DNA from: Candidatus Woesearchaeota archaeon
GTDB lineage: Archaea; Nanobdellota; Nanobdellia; Woesearchaeales; GW2011-AR4
Assembly: GCA_016192985.1 (NCBI GenBank)
Contig: JACPTC010000017.1
Location: 1,182-65,181 of the forward strand
Reading direction: 5' to 3'
DNA: 64,000 nucleotides
Part shown: positions 51,571 to 61,168 of the stretch, piece after piece
Layout of the letters: every line of letters begins with the position of its first letter
Numbering within the stretch: position 1 is the stretch's first letter
The notes under the pieces: model-generated
What the model saw: only the letters and a program-made list of their open reading frames with translations
The model's database searches: none
Told to the model about the DNA's origin: nothing
Position numbers and translations under genes: made by a program

Positions 51571-52305
51571 ATGGACGCAATAATCTTGGCAGCCGGATAC
51601 GCAACCAGGCTTTACCCGTTAACAGAAAAGATTCCAAAGCCGCTGTTAAGTGTCGCAGGAAAGCCAATCATTGAGCATATAATGGGAAAATTAGGACACA
51701 TAGACTTGCTGAATAAGATATATATCATAACAAATGACAGATTTGAGCCGCATTTCCGGCAATGGCTTGGCAATTTTGAGGCAGAAAAGCCAATTGAAAT
51801 AATAAATGACCAAACTAAAAGCAATGAAGACCGCTTAGGGGCGATAGGCGATATTCATTATTTAATAAATCTAAGAAATCTTAATGACGACCTTTTAGTC
51901 ATTGCAGGCGATAATCTTTTTGAAATGCACTTGCTTGAAGTTATTAATTATTTCAAAAAAAGAAAATCCAATGTTGTTGTGTTGTATGATGTAAAAGATA
52001 ATGATCTGGCAAAGCATTATGGCATTGTTGAAATTGAAAATGATATTGTCATAAATTTTGTGGAGAAACCTACTGCGCCAAAATCAACTTTGGCATCAAC
52101 AGGCATTTATCTGTTTTCAAAAAAGACAATATCCCTAATTAAAAAATATATCGCCCAGGGCAATAACCCGGACAAAACTGGAGGCTTTATTGAGTGGCTC
52201 CACAAGAGGGATGTTGTTTATGCCTATACAACTAATAAGAAATGGTACGATATAGGGAACTTTGGCCAATTAAAAAATGCTGGCAAGAGTTACAAAGAAA
52301 AATGA
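51571..52305 (+). CDS. sugar-phosphate nucleotidyltransferase (glucose-1-phosphate uridylyl/thymidylyltransferase-like)
   Basis: [36 protein letters not shown] and VIAGDNLF. Confidence 0.8.
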   Translation: MDAIILAAGYATRLYPLTEKIPKPLLSVAGKPIIEHIMGKLGHIDLLNKIYIITNDRFEPHFRQWLGNFEAEKPIEIINDQTKSNEDRLGAIGDIHYLINLRNLNDDLLVIAGDNLFEMHLLEVINYFKKRKSNVVVLYDVKDNDLAKHYGIVEIENDIVINFVEKPTAPKSTLASTGIYLFSKKTISLIKKYIAQGNNPDKTGGFIEWLHKRDVVYAYTTNKKWYDIGNFGQLKNAGKSYKEK

Positions 52306-53231
52306 AAACAGCATTGGTTACAGGCGGGGCTGGCTTTATTGGCAGCCATTTATGTGAGTTTCTTCTAAGCAGAAAATTTCAGGTAATTGCCATGGACAAT
52401 TTGATTACCGGTGAGATGAGCAATATTGATAACCTAAGAGGCAACAGCAATTTCAAATATATACACCATGACGTAAGTAAGCACATTGTTGTAAATGAAC
52501 ACTTGGATTTTGTGTTTCACTTTGCATCTCCAGCAAGCCCTGTGGATTACCAGAAAATACCTATTCAAACGCTGAAAGTTGGAAGCTTGGGCACACATAA
52601 TGCGCTTGGACTAGCTTTGGCAAAAAAGGCAAAATATATTCTAGCCTCAACATCTGAAGTTTACGGCGACCCATTGATAAATCCCCAGCCTGAAAGCTAT
52701 TGGGGAAATGTAAATCCCGTAGGAATAAGAGGCTGCTACGATGAAGCAAAAAGGTTTGCTGAGGCACTTGCAATGGCTTATCATAGGATTCACAGGCTTG
52801 ACACAAAGATTGTCAGGATTTTCAATACATACGGGCCAAAAATGAGAAAAAATGACGGCAGGGCTGTCCCAAACTTCATCAATCAAGCCTTAAAAAATGA
52901 GCCAATCACTGTTTATGGCAATGGCAAACAAACAAGAAGCTTCTGCTATATAAGTGATTTGATAGATGGGATATACAAACTGGCTATGTCAACTATAAAT
53001 GGCCCTGTTAATATGGGCAATCCTGAAGAGCATACAATTCTTGAGTTTGCTGAAAAGATAAGGGAACTGGCAAAAAGTAAGAGTAAACTCGAATTTAAGC
53101 CTCTGCCTATTGATGATCCACATGTAAGATGCCCGGACATATCCAAAGCAAGGAAAGCGCTCAATTGGAAACCAAAAATTGAATTGGGGGAAGGATTATC
53201 AAAGACAATTGAATGGTTCAAGCATAATTAA
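52302..53231 (+). CDS. uxs: UDP-glucuronate decarboxylase (UDP-xylose synthase), extended SDR
   Basis: [40 protein letters not shown] prefer the ATG at 52302 (ATGA overlap with the previous stop) over the track start at 52242. Confidence 0.8.
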   Translation: MKTALVTGGAGFIGSHLCEFLLSRKFQVIAMDNLITGEMSNIDNLRGNSNFKYIHHDVSKHIVVNEHLDFVFHFASPASPVDYQKIPIQTLKVGSLGTHNALGLALAKKAKYILASTSEVYGDPLINPQPESYWGNVNPVGIRGCYDEAKRFAEALAMAYHRIHRLDTKIVRIFNTYGPKMRKNDGRAVPNFINQALKNEPITVYGNGKQTRSFCYISDLIDGIYKLAMSTINGPVNMGNPEEHTILEFAEKIRELAKSKSKLEFKPLPIDDPHVRCPDISKARKALNWKPKIELGEGLSKTIEWFKHN

Positions 53232-53233
53232 AC

Positions 53234-54358
53234 TTAAAACCTAAGCTTATCCAGTAAATTAAGTATGAAATTATTAATTCCAGATTTGTTTCTATACCCG
53301 AAGTCAAAGAATGCTGCAAAATCAGAGTGCTTAAGATTTAATGCAAGCCCCGCTTGCTTATTTAATATTTTTATCCTTTCTTTTAATATATCTCTATTCT
53401 TCAATTCATATTCAAGCTTATCTTTCAGGTTATTTTTTATATAACAACTAATCAACCCGCCATATTTTGAATATTCCTTTAACTGGGCTGCAAGCTCTAT
53501 TGGAAGCATGGTGGATTGCTTTTCTTTTCTTTTTGCATTTTTGACCATATAGTTCAGGGCATTTTCCTTGCTCCAGTTTTTTATGAAAATGGATCTATTT
53601 TTTATCCCTTCATATTTTGCAGTACTGCCGGGGCTTATTTTAGCAATGTCCTTCTTTGCAATAAAATCAGCAAATTTTCCGATTATTTCAAGTGAAGTGT
53701 TCAAGCCATCCTCGTTCAATTTAGCAAGCATCAGATAGTCTTCACTTCCAAACCATTTTTTCCTTAAATGATCGATCAAATCAAGCTTTTCATTCCATTC
53801 CGGATTTTTTTCTTTTGTGAGGAATTCTAATGCTTGTATGCTGTATTTCAGTGAGTTCAGCCTAAGCATAGTGTCTCTTGCATTTATCTGCTTTGAAACC
53901 TGCTGCCAGAGAAAATCTCTAGGATAATGCCTTATTATTATGTCGTTCAAAGCAGCAATGCTCGAGTAATATTCTTCGAATTTTGAAAGTTTCTTTATTT
54001 TTACGTCTTTTCCATATATCAGTTTAAGACTTGATTTTGGATAAATGTACCTTATATTTTTAAATGACTCTTTATCTATGAAAATGAATGGATGCCTGGC
54101 AATATACCTCAAATTTGAATCAAGAAAGTAGAAACTTCTATAAAGAAAAGGAAGAGCATTTTGAAATTCATTTTCAAAAACAAGCACAATATCAATATCC
54201 GAGATTCCATAAACAGAGGGCTTTCCCCAGTCGTATATTGAGACAAGCCCTTTTATTTTTGAATATTTTTTTATTATCCTGCTTATTGCATTATCATAGT
54301 CAGCAGCGGTGTATTTTTTTGGTATATTATAAAAGCTATAATTTTCTATTTTTGACAT
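53234..54358 (-). CDS. hypothetical protein with a Pol-beta-type nucleotidyltransferase-like motif
   Basis: IYDWGKPSVYGISDIDIVLVFE resembles the hG[GS]-x9-13-D.D NTase signature. The remainder is helical and unassigned. Confidence 0.4.
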   Translation of the reverse strand: MSKIENYSFYNIPKKYTAADYDNAISRIIKKYSKIKGLVSIYDWGKPSVYGISDIDIVLVFENEFQNALPFLYRSFYFLDSNLRYIARHPFIFIDKESFKNIRYIYPKSSLKLIYGKDVKIKKLSKFEEYYSSIAALNDIIIRHYPRDFLWQQVSKQINARDTMLRLNSLKYSIQALEFLTKEKNPEWNEKLDLIDHLRKKWFGSEDYLMLAKLNEDGLNTSLEIIGKFADFIAKKDIAKISPGSTAKYEGIKNRSIFIKNWSKENALNYMVKNAKRKEKQSTMLPIELAAQLKEYSKYGGLISCYIKNNLKDKLEYELKNRDILKERIKILNKQAGLALNLKHSDFAAFFDFGYRNKSGINNFILNLLDKLRF

Positions 54359-55640
54359 TTTTCTTTACCTTGCTCCATGCATATTCGGAAAGCTGATAAA
54401 TCCCATCTATTATTTTTCCAATGTTTATATTGTTTATTCTGCTTGCGTCTTTAAATAAATCAATAATCCTTGAATTTAGTTGATAGCACAAGACCGGATT
54501 TATTTTTGAGAATAAAGCTACAAATGGAAGGCTTCCATAAGATTTCCACCTTTCTCTTATCGAACTTGCTTCATCAATAACCTTCCATCTTTCTCTGCTG
54601 AAGCTCCTTTTTGCGATTCCAAAAGAAAACTTTTTGTAAACAAAAATGCCGTTTGCCTGCAAGTAAACTGATGGAAAAAGCATAATACTATGCAGCAAAT
54701 TCTTAATTTCATAGCTGCCAAAGCTTTGCTTTTCAAACTTGAGCATTCTAAAATAATTGACAAACCAAAACATTTTTACGAGAGCTTCGCTTGAGGATTC
54801 CCTGATATTAAAACCGCTTATCTTGTCTAAATCAAAAAATGATTTTGAATATTTAAAAATTGGAACTGGGAAATATGACTGGCAGTAGCTTTTAACGTCA
54901 TATTCGCTTATTGCAATGCTGCCATGATGTTGCAATGGGTCTATTCTACAGAGAAAACTCCTCATCATGTACATCTTTTCCCTAAGTCTGAGCAATTTTT
55001 TTGGCTCAGCAATAGTGTCTCTTGAAATGATGCATAATGTATCAATATCACTCCAACCTTTGATATAATCTCTAGTTGCAAAGCTTCCGTGGAGATAAAA
55101 TCCGGCAAGATATTGGCGCAGGTTTTTCTCTGCATAATGTTTTAATTCTTTCAGCGGCATCAAATAATCCTTATCCCCTTTTTTGTACTCTGAAAAATCC
55201 AATTCCCTGCATTTCGGCTTTTTCGTTTGCTTTGTCTTGTTATTCTTAATAGAAGAAAAGTCTAGATAAAGGGAAGACAATATGCTGGCGAAATTACCCG
55301 CTGTCACTCCATATTTACATTCATTCAAACTTGCAGAAAAATCATAGCCATTTTCATTCAGCAAATCCAAAATTCTCTTTATCCTTGTTATTCTTTCTAT
55401 ATTGGTTTGAGAAACATCTTTTATAATAGGATATAATGCAAAGCCAGCATTAGAAAATCCTCCATTTGTAAATGAATGCAATGCAGCATTCATCTCGTTC
55501 TGCAGGAATCTTAATGCATAATCAACATCTATTTTTTTATCTATATTGAGCTCCACATAGTGCCACGGCAGTATATGCTCAAGCAGCGGATTTTCATCCT
55601 CAGCGATATAAAAATCACGTATTTTCTGGCAGTTTTTCAT
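54336..55640 (-). CDS. hypothetical protein with a central Pol-beta-type nucleotidyltransferase motif
   Basis: FYLHGSFATRDYIKGWSDIDTLCIISRD is a good match to the minimal NTase signature (hGS...SDiD). It overlaps the downstream paralog-like gene by 23 nt. Confidence 0.45.
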   Translation of the reverse strand: MKNCQKIRDFYIAEDENPLLEHILPWHYVELNIDKKIDVDYALRFLQNEMNAALHSFTNGGFSNAGFALYPIIKDVSQTNIERITRIKRILDLLNENGYDFSASLNECKYGVTAGNFASILSSLYLDFSSIKNNKTKQTKKPKCRELDFSEYKKGDKDYLMPLKELKHYAEKNLRQYLAGFYLHGSFATRDYIKGWSDIDTLCIISRDTIAEPKKLLRLREKMYMMRSFLCRIDPLQHHGSIAISEYDVKSYCQSYFPVPIFKYSKSFFDLDKISGFNIRESSSEALVKMFWFVNYFRMLKFEKQSFGSYEIKNLLHSIMLFPSVYLQANGIFVYKKFSFGIAKRSFSRERWKVIDEASSIRERWKSYGSLPFVALFSKINPVLCYQLNSRIIDLFKDASRINNINIGKIIDGIYQLSEYAWSKVKKNVKNRKL

Positions 55641-57075
55641 TTTTGAAAATGCTTCGTATTATTTGATAATCCTTTCCGTCCAAAGTTTTTAAAATAAGAA
55701 CCACTAAACCGTAAGTAAGGGATGAGACAAATATTGTTCCAAATAATCCATAACTTCCATAGCTTGAAAAATCAAAAAATTTTATGGACAAAACCATTGC
55801 AATAACTGCAATAAAAGGCTTCAATAATATACTAAAAAAATTGTAATAGTAAAGATTTTTTGACAGACTAAAATAGTATATACCAAATAAAAACACCTCG
55901 GTTACTAATGTAGCCCAAGCTGCTCCGATGTAACCATGTTTTGGAATCAAAAACAAATTTAACAAAACATTAAAGCCGGCAGTAACGCCTTGCCCAAGCA
56001 TCCTGTCATTCTGCCTGTCTATTGAAGAGAGCATTGCTCCAAGAAGGAAGTTAATAAACTTGATTACAAGGTAAAATGAAATTATCTGCAGTGCAATAAT
56101 ACTTTCAGAGTAAACGCTGCCATAAAAGAATATTATCAGCTTTTCTGCAAAAATATACAATCCAGCAGATATTGGCAATCCAATGATGTAAAGATACTTG
56201 AAAGACCTTTCGTACAATGTCTTTAGCCCTTTTTTGGAATGTTTAAAATACCTTGAAAGAACAGGATAAATTGCGTTTGTATAAACAGTTGGCACAAATA
56301 ATATTGCAAGCGCCAGATTGTAAGCAACGCTGTATACTGCCACCTCAGCATCCCCCCTCATCTTAGAAAGCATGACACTTCCAATGTAAAAGTAAATGCT
56401 GCCAAAAACAATAGCCAAGCCAAAAGGAAGGGATTTTTTAAACAGACGCTTGGCAAATGAAAAATCAAAAATCAATTCAAGCTTGATAAAATTTTTCAAA
56501 GCTATGGCCAAGGCAATAAGCACAACAATTATTTCGGTAAAAACAAAAGAATAGCTGAATAACAATATTCCATAGCCATTGGACAAAATATAAAGGCTTG
56601 AAATTGTCAGCAAGACCATCCTTAAAATCTTGAGAAATGCGTCGTACTGCATCATTTCAAATGCCCTGAAAATTGAATAGAACAGCTCGGTAAATGTGGA
56701 TATTATGGTAAACAGCCAGACAGCATAAACAATCTGCTTGGTGTCATTTGGGTAGTTCAGCAAATTCAAAGCCCAAACAACCACAAAAAAAGTTATGAAG
56801 GACAATGCACTTTTAATCACAAAAGCATTGGCAAAATACCTTGACGCAATGCCCTTGTTTCTTGAAATTTCTCTTACCAGCAATGTGTTTATGCCCAAAT
56901 CAGCTAATACAATGGCTATTAAAGACAAGGACAATGCAAAACTGAATTTGCCAAAATGCTCTTTGCTCAAAAGCCTAGCAGCATATAGCATAACTATAAA
57001 CAGCAGTATCTTTGAAACAATTTCCGCAACTCCAAGGTAAAGGCCATTTCTGTATATCCTTCTTGCAGTTCCCAT
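55615..57075 (-). CDS. MOP-superfamily polysaccharide flippase (Wzx-like)
   Basis: About 12-14 TM helices, with N-terminal RRIYRNGLYLGVAEIVSKILLF typical of Wzx/PST proteins. I prefer the ATG at 57075; the track start at 57126 is TTG. Confidence 0.7.
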   Translation of the reverse strand: MGTARRIYRNGLYLGVAEIVSKILLFIVMLYAARLLSKEHFGKFSFALSLSLIAIVLADLGINTLLVREISRNKGIASRYFANAFVIKSALSFITFFVVVWALNLLNYPNDTKQIVYAVWLFTIISTFTELFYSIFRAFEMMQYDAFLKILRMVLLTISSLYILSNGYGILLFSYSFVFTEIIVVLIALAIALKNFIKLELIFDFSFAKRLFKKSLPFGLAIVFGSIYFYIGSVMLSKMRGDAEVAVYSVAYNLALAILFVPTVYTNAIYPVLSRYFKHSKKGLKTLYERSFKYLYIIGLPISAGLYIFAEKLIIFFYGSVYSESIIALQIISFYLVIKFINFLLGAMLSSIDRQNDRMLGQGVTAGFNVLLNLFLIPKHGYIGAAWATLVTEVFLFGIYYFSLSKNLYYYNFFSILLKPFIAVIAMVLSIKFFDFSSYGSYGLFGTIFVSSLTYGLVVLILKTLDGKDYQIIRSIFKNEKLPENT

Positions 57076-57128
57076 ACCTGAACCCAACGAAGGACAATAT
57101 AAAAACCTTTCCCAAAAAAACAACAAGC

Positions 57129-57136
57129 TTTATATA
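57129..57136 (+). promoter_or_regulatory. TATA box (TTTATATA) for the GT4-methyltransferase operon
   Basis: It lies 22 nt upstream of the ATG at 57159. Confidence 0.45.
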
Positions 57137-57158
57137 CAAACCAGACAAAACTTGAGGC

Positions 57159-58367
57159 ATGAAAAAGGTGCTGGTAACGGCAACAACTTTCCCTAGATGG
57201 AAGAATGACACAGAGCCTGATTTTGTCTTTAAGCTCTGCCAATTATTGGCTGAAAAAGGCCATAAGATAATAGTGCTGGTTCCTCACAGCCATAAATCAA
57301 AAAAATCTGAGACAATGGGCAAATTGAAGATTTATAGATTTCCATATTTTTACCCTTCAAAACTGCAAAGACTTTGCTATGATGGCGGTGTTCTTGAAAA
57401 TCTCAAGAAAAGCTTTTTGGCCAAAATTCAAGTGCCATTTTTGCTGATTTCAGAGTATCGCCATATAATAAAAATAACAAAAAAAGAGAAGATTGACTTT
57501 ATTCATGCCCATTGGATTGTTCCGCAAGGTTTTATAGCCGCTTTAATTAAAAAAACCTGCAAGCTGCCGTTTATATCAACAGCCCATGCAGCTGATGTTT
57601 TTACGCCAAAAAATTACATTACAAAGATGTTTGCAAGATTTGCTGTAAAAAATTCCTCATATGTAACATCAAACAGCAGCTTCACAAAAAGCTCCATATT
57701 GCAGATTTGCAGAAATGCCCAAGTCAATGTTATTCCGATGGGAGTGGATTTAAGCAGCTTCAATCCAAAAAAGAAAAATACATCCTTAAAAAAACAGCTC
57801 GGCATAAAAAACAAATTCATACTTTTTGTCGGCAGGCTTGTTGAGAAGAAAGGCGTTGAGTACCTGATAAAATCAATGCCGATAATATTAAGCAAAATGC
57901 CAAAATCAAAGCTGGTAATCATAGGGGATGGCCCTGAAAAAGAGCGGTTGGTAAATTTAACAGAAGAGCTGAATTTAAAAAGCAATGTTGAATTCCTTGG
58001 AAAACTCACGAATAAGGATTTGCCAAAATTTTATGCAAGTGCGGATGTTTTTGTAGGGCCCTCAATAGTAACAAAAAACGGCGACACAGAGGGGCTTGGC
58101 GTTGTATTTCTTGAAGCAATTGCATCAGGCACTTGTGTTCTAGGTAGCAACGTAGGAGGCATTCCTGATATTATAAAACATAAAAAAACAGGAATCCTTG
58201 TTGAGCAAAAGGACCACGTTGCGCTGGCAAGCGCCATCATAAATTTATTGAAGAATAAAAAATTGCAAGTGCAATTGGCGAAGAATGCAATCAGTCACAT
58301 CAAAAATTCTTACTCTTGGAATACGGTTGCTGAGAAGTTTGACGAAATCTACAGGAATATGAAATGA
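57159..58367 (+). CDS. family 4 glycosyltransferase (GT-B, Glycos_transf_1)
   Basis: EGLGVVFLEAIASGTCVLGSNVGGIPDII (the EX7E region), with an N-terminal GT4 domain. Confidence 0.8.
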   Translation: MKKVLVTATTFPRWKNDTEPDFVFKLCQLLAEKGHKIIVLVPHSHKSKKSETMGKLKIYRFPYFYPSKLQRLCYDGGVLENLKKSFLAKIQVPFLLISEYRHIIKITKKEKIDFIHAHWIVPQGFIAALIKKTCKLPFISTAHAADVFTPKNYITKMFARFAVKNSSYVTSNSSFTKSSILQICRNAQVNVIPMGVDLSSFNPKKKNTSLKKQLGIKNKFILFVGRLVEKKGVEYLIKSMPIILSKMPKSKLVIIGDGPEKERLVNLTEELNLKSNVEFLGKLTNKDLPKFYASADVFVGPSIVTKNGDTEGLGVVFLEAIASGTCVLGSNVGGIPDIIKHKKTGILVEQKDHVALASAIINLLKNKKLQVQLAKNAISHIKNSYSWNTVAEKFDEIYRNMK

Positions 58368-59110
58368 GCGCTTACAAAGCTTATAAAGACTGGGGAGAGC
58401 AAAAGCTTGTTATAGACAGCGTCGAGCCCACACATTATGTAAGAAATTTTTTAGTGCTCTCAACAATTAAAAATTTGTCAAGAAAATATAAAATAAGGAA
58501 CATCTGCGAGCTAGGTTGCGGAGTCGGGATACTATCTTCAAGACTGGCTGTATGCGGGTTTAAAGTGGATGCTTTTGATTTGGACAAATACGCCGTTAAA
58601 CTGGCAAAAAAATTCAATAAAGGCAAAAATGTTAGTTTTTTTATTAAAAATATTCTTGCTTTGAAATCAAATAAAAAATATGACTTGGTTTTAGCTGTGG
58701 AGGTTATTGAGCATATAAAAAAGGATGTTCAGGCGATTGAAAAAATAACCAATATACTGAAACCTCATGGATTTTTACTTATAACAGTCCCGATTAATGA
58801 AAAATACAGAAGAGAATTCGATAACCGCTCGGGGCATGTAAGAAGATACTCAGAATCAGACCTGAAATCAAAACTGGAAAAAAATGGATTTATAATAATA
58901 AAAACCAAATACTTCAGCTTTCCCCTGCTTTGGCTTTGGTATTTCTATTTTTATCTTCCCTACAGTGCCAGAAAGAGCATAAGAAAAGAGAAAAAGCTGC
59001 CATTTTATGTGCATTTACTTAAAATCTTTAATAAAGTATTTTTAGCTGATTTGCTTTTCAACAGTAAGAAGGCAACCAACATCATGGTTTTAGCGCAAAA
59101 AACAAATTAG
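58364..59110 (+). CDS. class I SAM-dependent methyltransferase
   Basis: Motif I ICELGCGVGILS, followed by VDAFDLD and LAVEVIEHI. Confidence 0.7.
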   Translation: MSAYKAYKDWGEQKLVIDSVEPTHYVRNFLVLSTIKNLSRKYKIRNICELGCGVGILSSRLAVCGFKVDAFDLDKYAVKLAKKFNKGKNVSFFIKNILALKSNKKYDLVLAVEVIEHIKKDVQAIEKITNILKPHGFLLITVPINEKYRREFDNRSGHVRRYSESDLKSKLEKNGFIIIKTKYFSFPLLWLWYFYFYLPYSARKSIRKEKKLPFYVHLLKIFNKVFLADLLFNSKKATNIMVLAQKTN

Positions 59111-59131
59111 GCAAATAATAACCTTAGAAAA

Positions 59132-60223
59132 TCAATTATTCCTTATAACTTTATCTAACTTTTTAGCCATGTTGTCCCATGAGTATCTTTCAGCTATTTT
59201 CCTGAAACTCGGCTTTGATTTGGAATTGAGCATAAATCTTATTTTTTGTGCCAGAGCATCTGTGCTGTCAGGCTTGCAGAGGCACTCCTTTGGGGTTATA
59301 TCTGCCACATCACCAACTTCTGTTGCAACAATCTTCGCATTGCATGCCATATACTCGATTATTTTGTATGGAAAGCAGTATTTTGTGAACTCATTGGCAG
59401 GATTAGGCATAACCGCTACATCAGCGGCATTTATCAAATCAACAACTTCCTTTTGATTCAGATTTTTTAGCCAGACTATCCCTTTTTTATCAAGCTCCAG
59501 GATTTCTCCTTTGACTTTTCTTATCCTGCCTGCCAAAACCAATAGCAAGCCGTTAATATCATTTTTCAGGCTTTCAAATGCCTCTACAAGCAAAGGAATT
59601 CCTTGCATTCTTTGCAGTGTTCCAGAATAGGCAATTATTTTTGCATTTAAAGGCAACCTTAATTTTTTTCTCGATTCGATTCGGTCTCTGGGCTTGAATA
59701 ATGCCAAATCCGCGCCATTTTCTATTACAAACACCTTTCGGTTTCTTATTCTCCCTACCTTTTTTTTTAGAGAGTTGCTAACAGTTATTATAATATCGGC
59801 TTTATTTATCACCAACCTGTCCATTAACCAGAAAAAAGGAATACTATAAATCAGGTAAGTCTCGTAATTATCGTGCAAATCATATGCAAACTTTACATTG
59901 TATTTTTTGGCATAATAATACCCAAAAATTCCCCATAATGGGTCGCTTGTTGCCATCAATAAATCATATTTTTTCTTTTTTAGCGCTTCATTCAAATCAC
60001 GGATGAAACTAAAAAAATGCGTGAATCCAAATGCCCTTATAAATACATTAATCCCGTGAAGCTTTACATCTTTATTCTCGAGCTTTCTGTAATCCGCGCA
60101 AAAAAAATCTATATCATGTTTAAATTTCCTCAATGCCTCAAAAAGCCTTGTCTGCCTGCCAAAATCCTCTCCAATAATGTCGCGGGTTGCAGTATACCTG
60201 CTTGTAAGAACTAGAATTTTCAT
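59132..60223 (-). CDS. family 4 glycosyltransferase (GT-B)
   Basis: A C-terminal Glycos_transf_1-like region (IIAYSGTLQRMQGIPLLVEAF...PYKIIEYMACNAKIVATEVGD). Confidence 0.7.
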   Translation of the reverse strand: MKILVLTSRYTATRDIIGEDFGRQTRLFEALRKFKHDIDFFCADYRKLENKDVKLHGINVFIRAFGFTHFFSFIRDLNEALKKKKYDLLMATSDPLWGIFGYYYAKKYNVKFAYDLHDNYETYLIYSIPFFWLMDRLVINKADIIITVSNSLKKKVGRIRNRKVFVIENGADLALFKPRDRIESRKKLRLPLNAKIIAYSGTLQRMQGIPLLVEAFESLKNDINGLLLVLAGRIRKVKGEILELDKKGIVWLKNLNQKEVVDLINAADVAVMPNPANEFTKYCFPYKIIEYMACNAKIVATEVGDVADITPKECLCKPDSTDALAQKIRFMLNSKSKPSFRKIAERYSWDNMAKKLDKVIRNN

Positions 60224-60224
60224 G

Positions 60225-61106
60225 TTATTTCCTATTCATATCAGCAATAAACCCAAATATTATTATCTGCAGCCCTATGCTTAAAATAAGTATGTCCAGC
60301 ATCATCAAAGCAAAATGCCCTATAATGCCGGTTGTGAAGTGCAAATACACAAGATAAACCCCTATCACAAATCCTATGCTAAACATTAAAGTTCCGATTG
60401 TGCCAAAGAACTTTAAAGGCTCATAGTCCCTGTATGTCCTTATAATGTTGATTAAAGCTCTGGCTGCGTACCCAAGGACGCTTGTTACAAGCCTGCTTTT
60501 GCCATCCCTTTTTGCGAAATAAATCGGGACTTCCTTGACATTGAGCTTTTGCTTTATAGCCCTTATAATCTGCTCCTGGGTATAAGTGTGGTTAGAGTTT
60601 ATTGGAATTTTTTCAGCCACCTTTCTTGTGAATGCCCTAAATCCAGTCTGCGCATCGCTTATATACATACCTGCAACTTGGGAAACAACCTTTGAAAAAG
60701 CGATGTTTCCAACTCTTTTAATAAAAGGCATATGCTCTATCTTGCCTTTAAATCTGCTTCCCAAGACAAGATCATATCCTCTTTTAATCTCCTTAAGCAG
60801 CTTTGGAATTTCCTCCGGCTTGTACTGAAAGTCGGCATCTATATGGACTATCACATCAGCACCGTGCTCCAAGCATTTTTCAATTTCTGTCTTAAAGCAT
60901 TCTGCCAGCCCATAATTTTTTGGATGGGAGTAGACAATAGCGCCTGCTTTTCTTGCAATCTCTGCAGTCCTGTCGCTGCTGCCGTCATCTACCACTAGGA
61001 CTTTATAATTATAGCTGCCAGAACTCATTGCTTTCTTTACACCATCTACGACCCTTTTAATGCCCTTCTCCTCGTTAAAAGCAGGTATGGTTACTATTAC
61101 TTTCAT
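60225..61106 (-). CDS. GT2 polyprenyl/dolichyl-phosphate hexosyltransferase (DPM1/GtrB-like) with two C-terminal TM helices
   Basis: VTIPAFNEEKGI, VVDDGSSDRT, HIDADFQ, and a C-terminal TM pair. Confidence 0.75.
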   Translation of the reverse strand: MKVIVTIPAFNEEKGIKRVVDGVKKAMSSGSYNYKVLVVDDGSSDRTAEIARKAGAIVYSHPKNYGLAECFKTEIEKCLEHGADVIVHIDADFQYKPEEIPKLLKEIKRGYDLVLGSRFKGKIEHMPFIKRVGNIAFSKVVSQVAGMYISDAQTGFRAFTRKVAEKIPINSNHTYTQEQIIRAIKQKLNVKEVPIYFAKRDGKSRLVTSVLGYAARALINIIRTYRDYEPLKFFGTIGTLMFSIGFVIGVYLVYLHFTTGIIGHFALMMLDILILSIGLQIIIFGFIADMNRK

Positions 61107-61128
61107 AGTGCAGAATAATAGTGATACC

Positions 61129-61136
61129 TTTAAATA
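61129..61136 (+). promoter_or_regulatory. TATA box (TTTAAATA) for the second GT-C gene
   Basis: It lies 32 nt upstream of the ATG at 61169 and downstream of the GTG (61121) used in the ORF track, which argues for the 61169 start. Confidence 0.4.
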
Positions 61137-61168
61137 TATTACTGATTTGCAATACTCGTGAAATAAGA

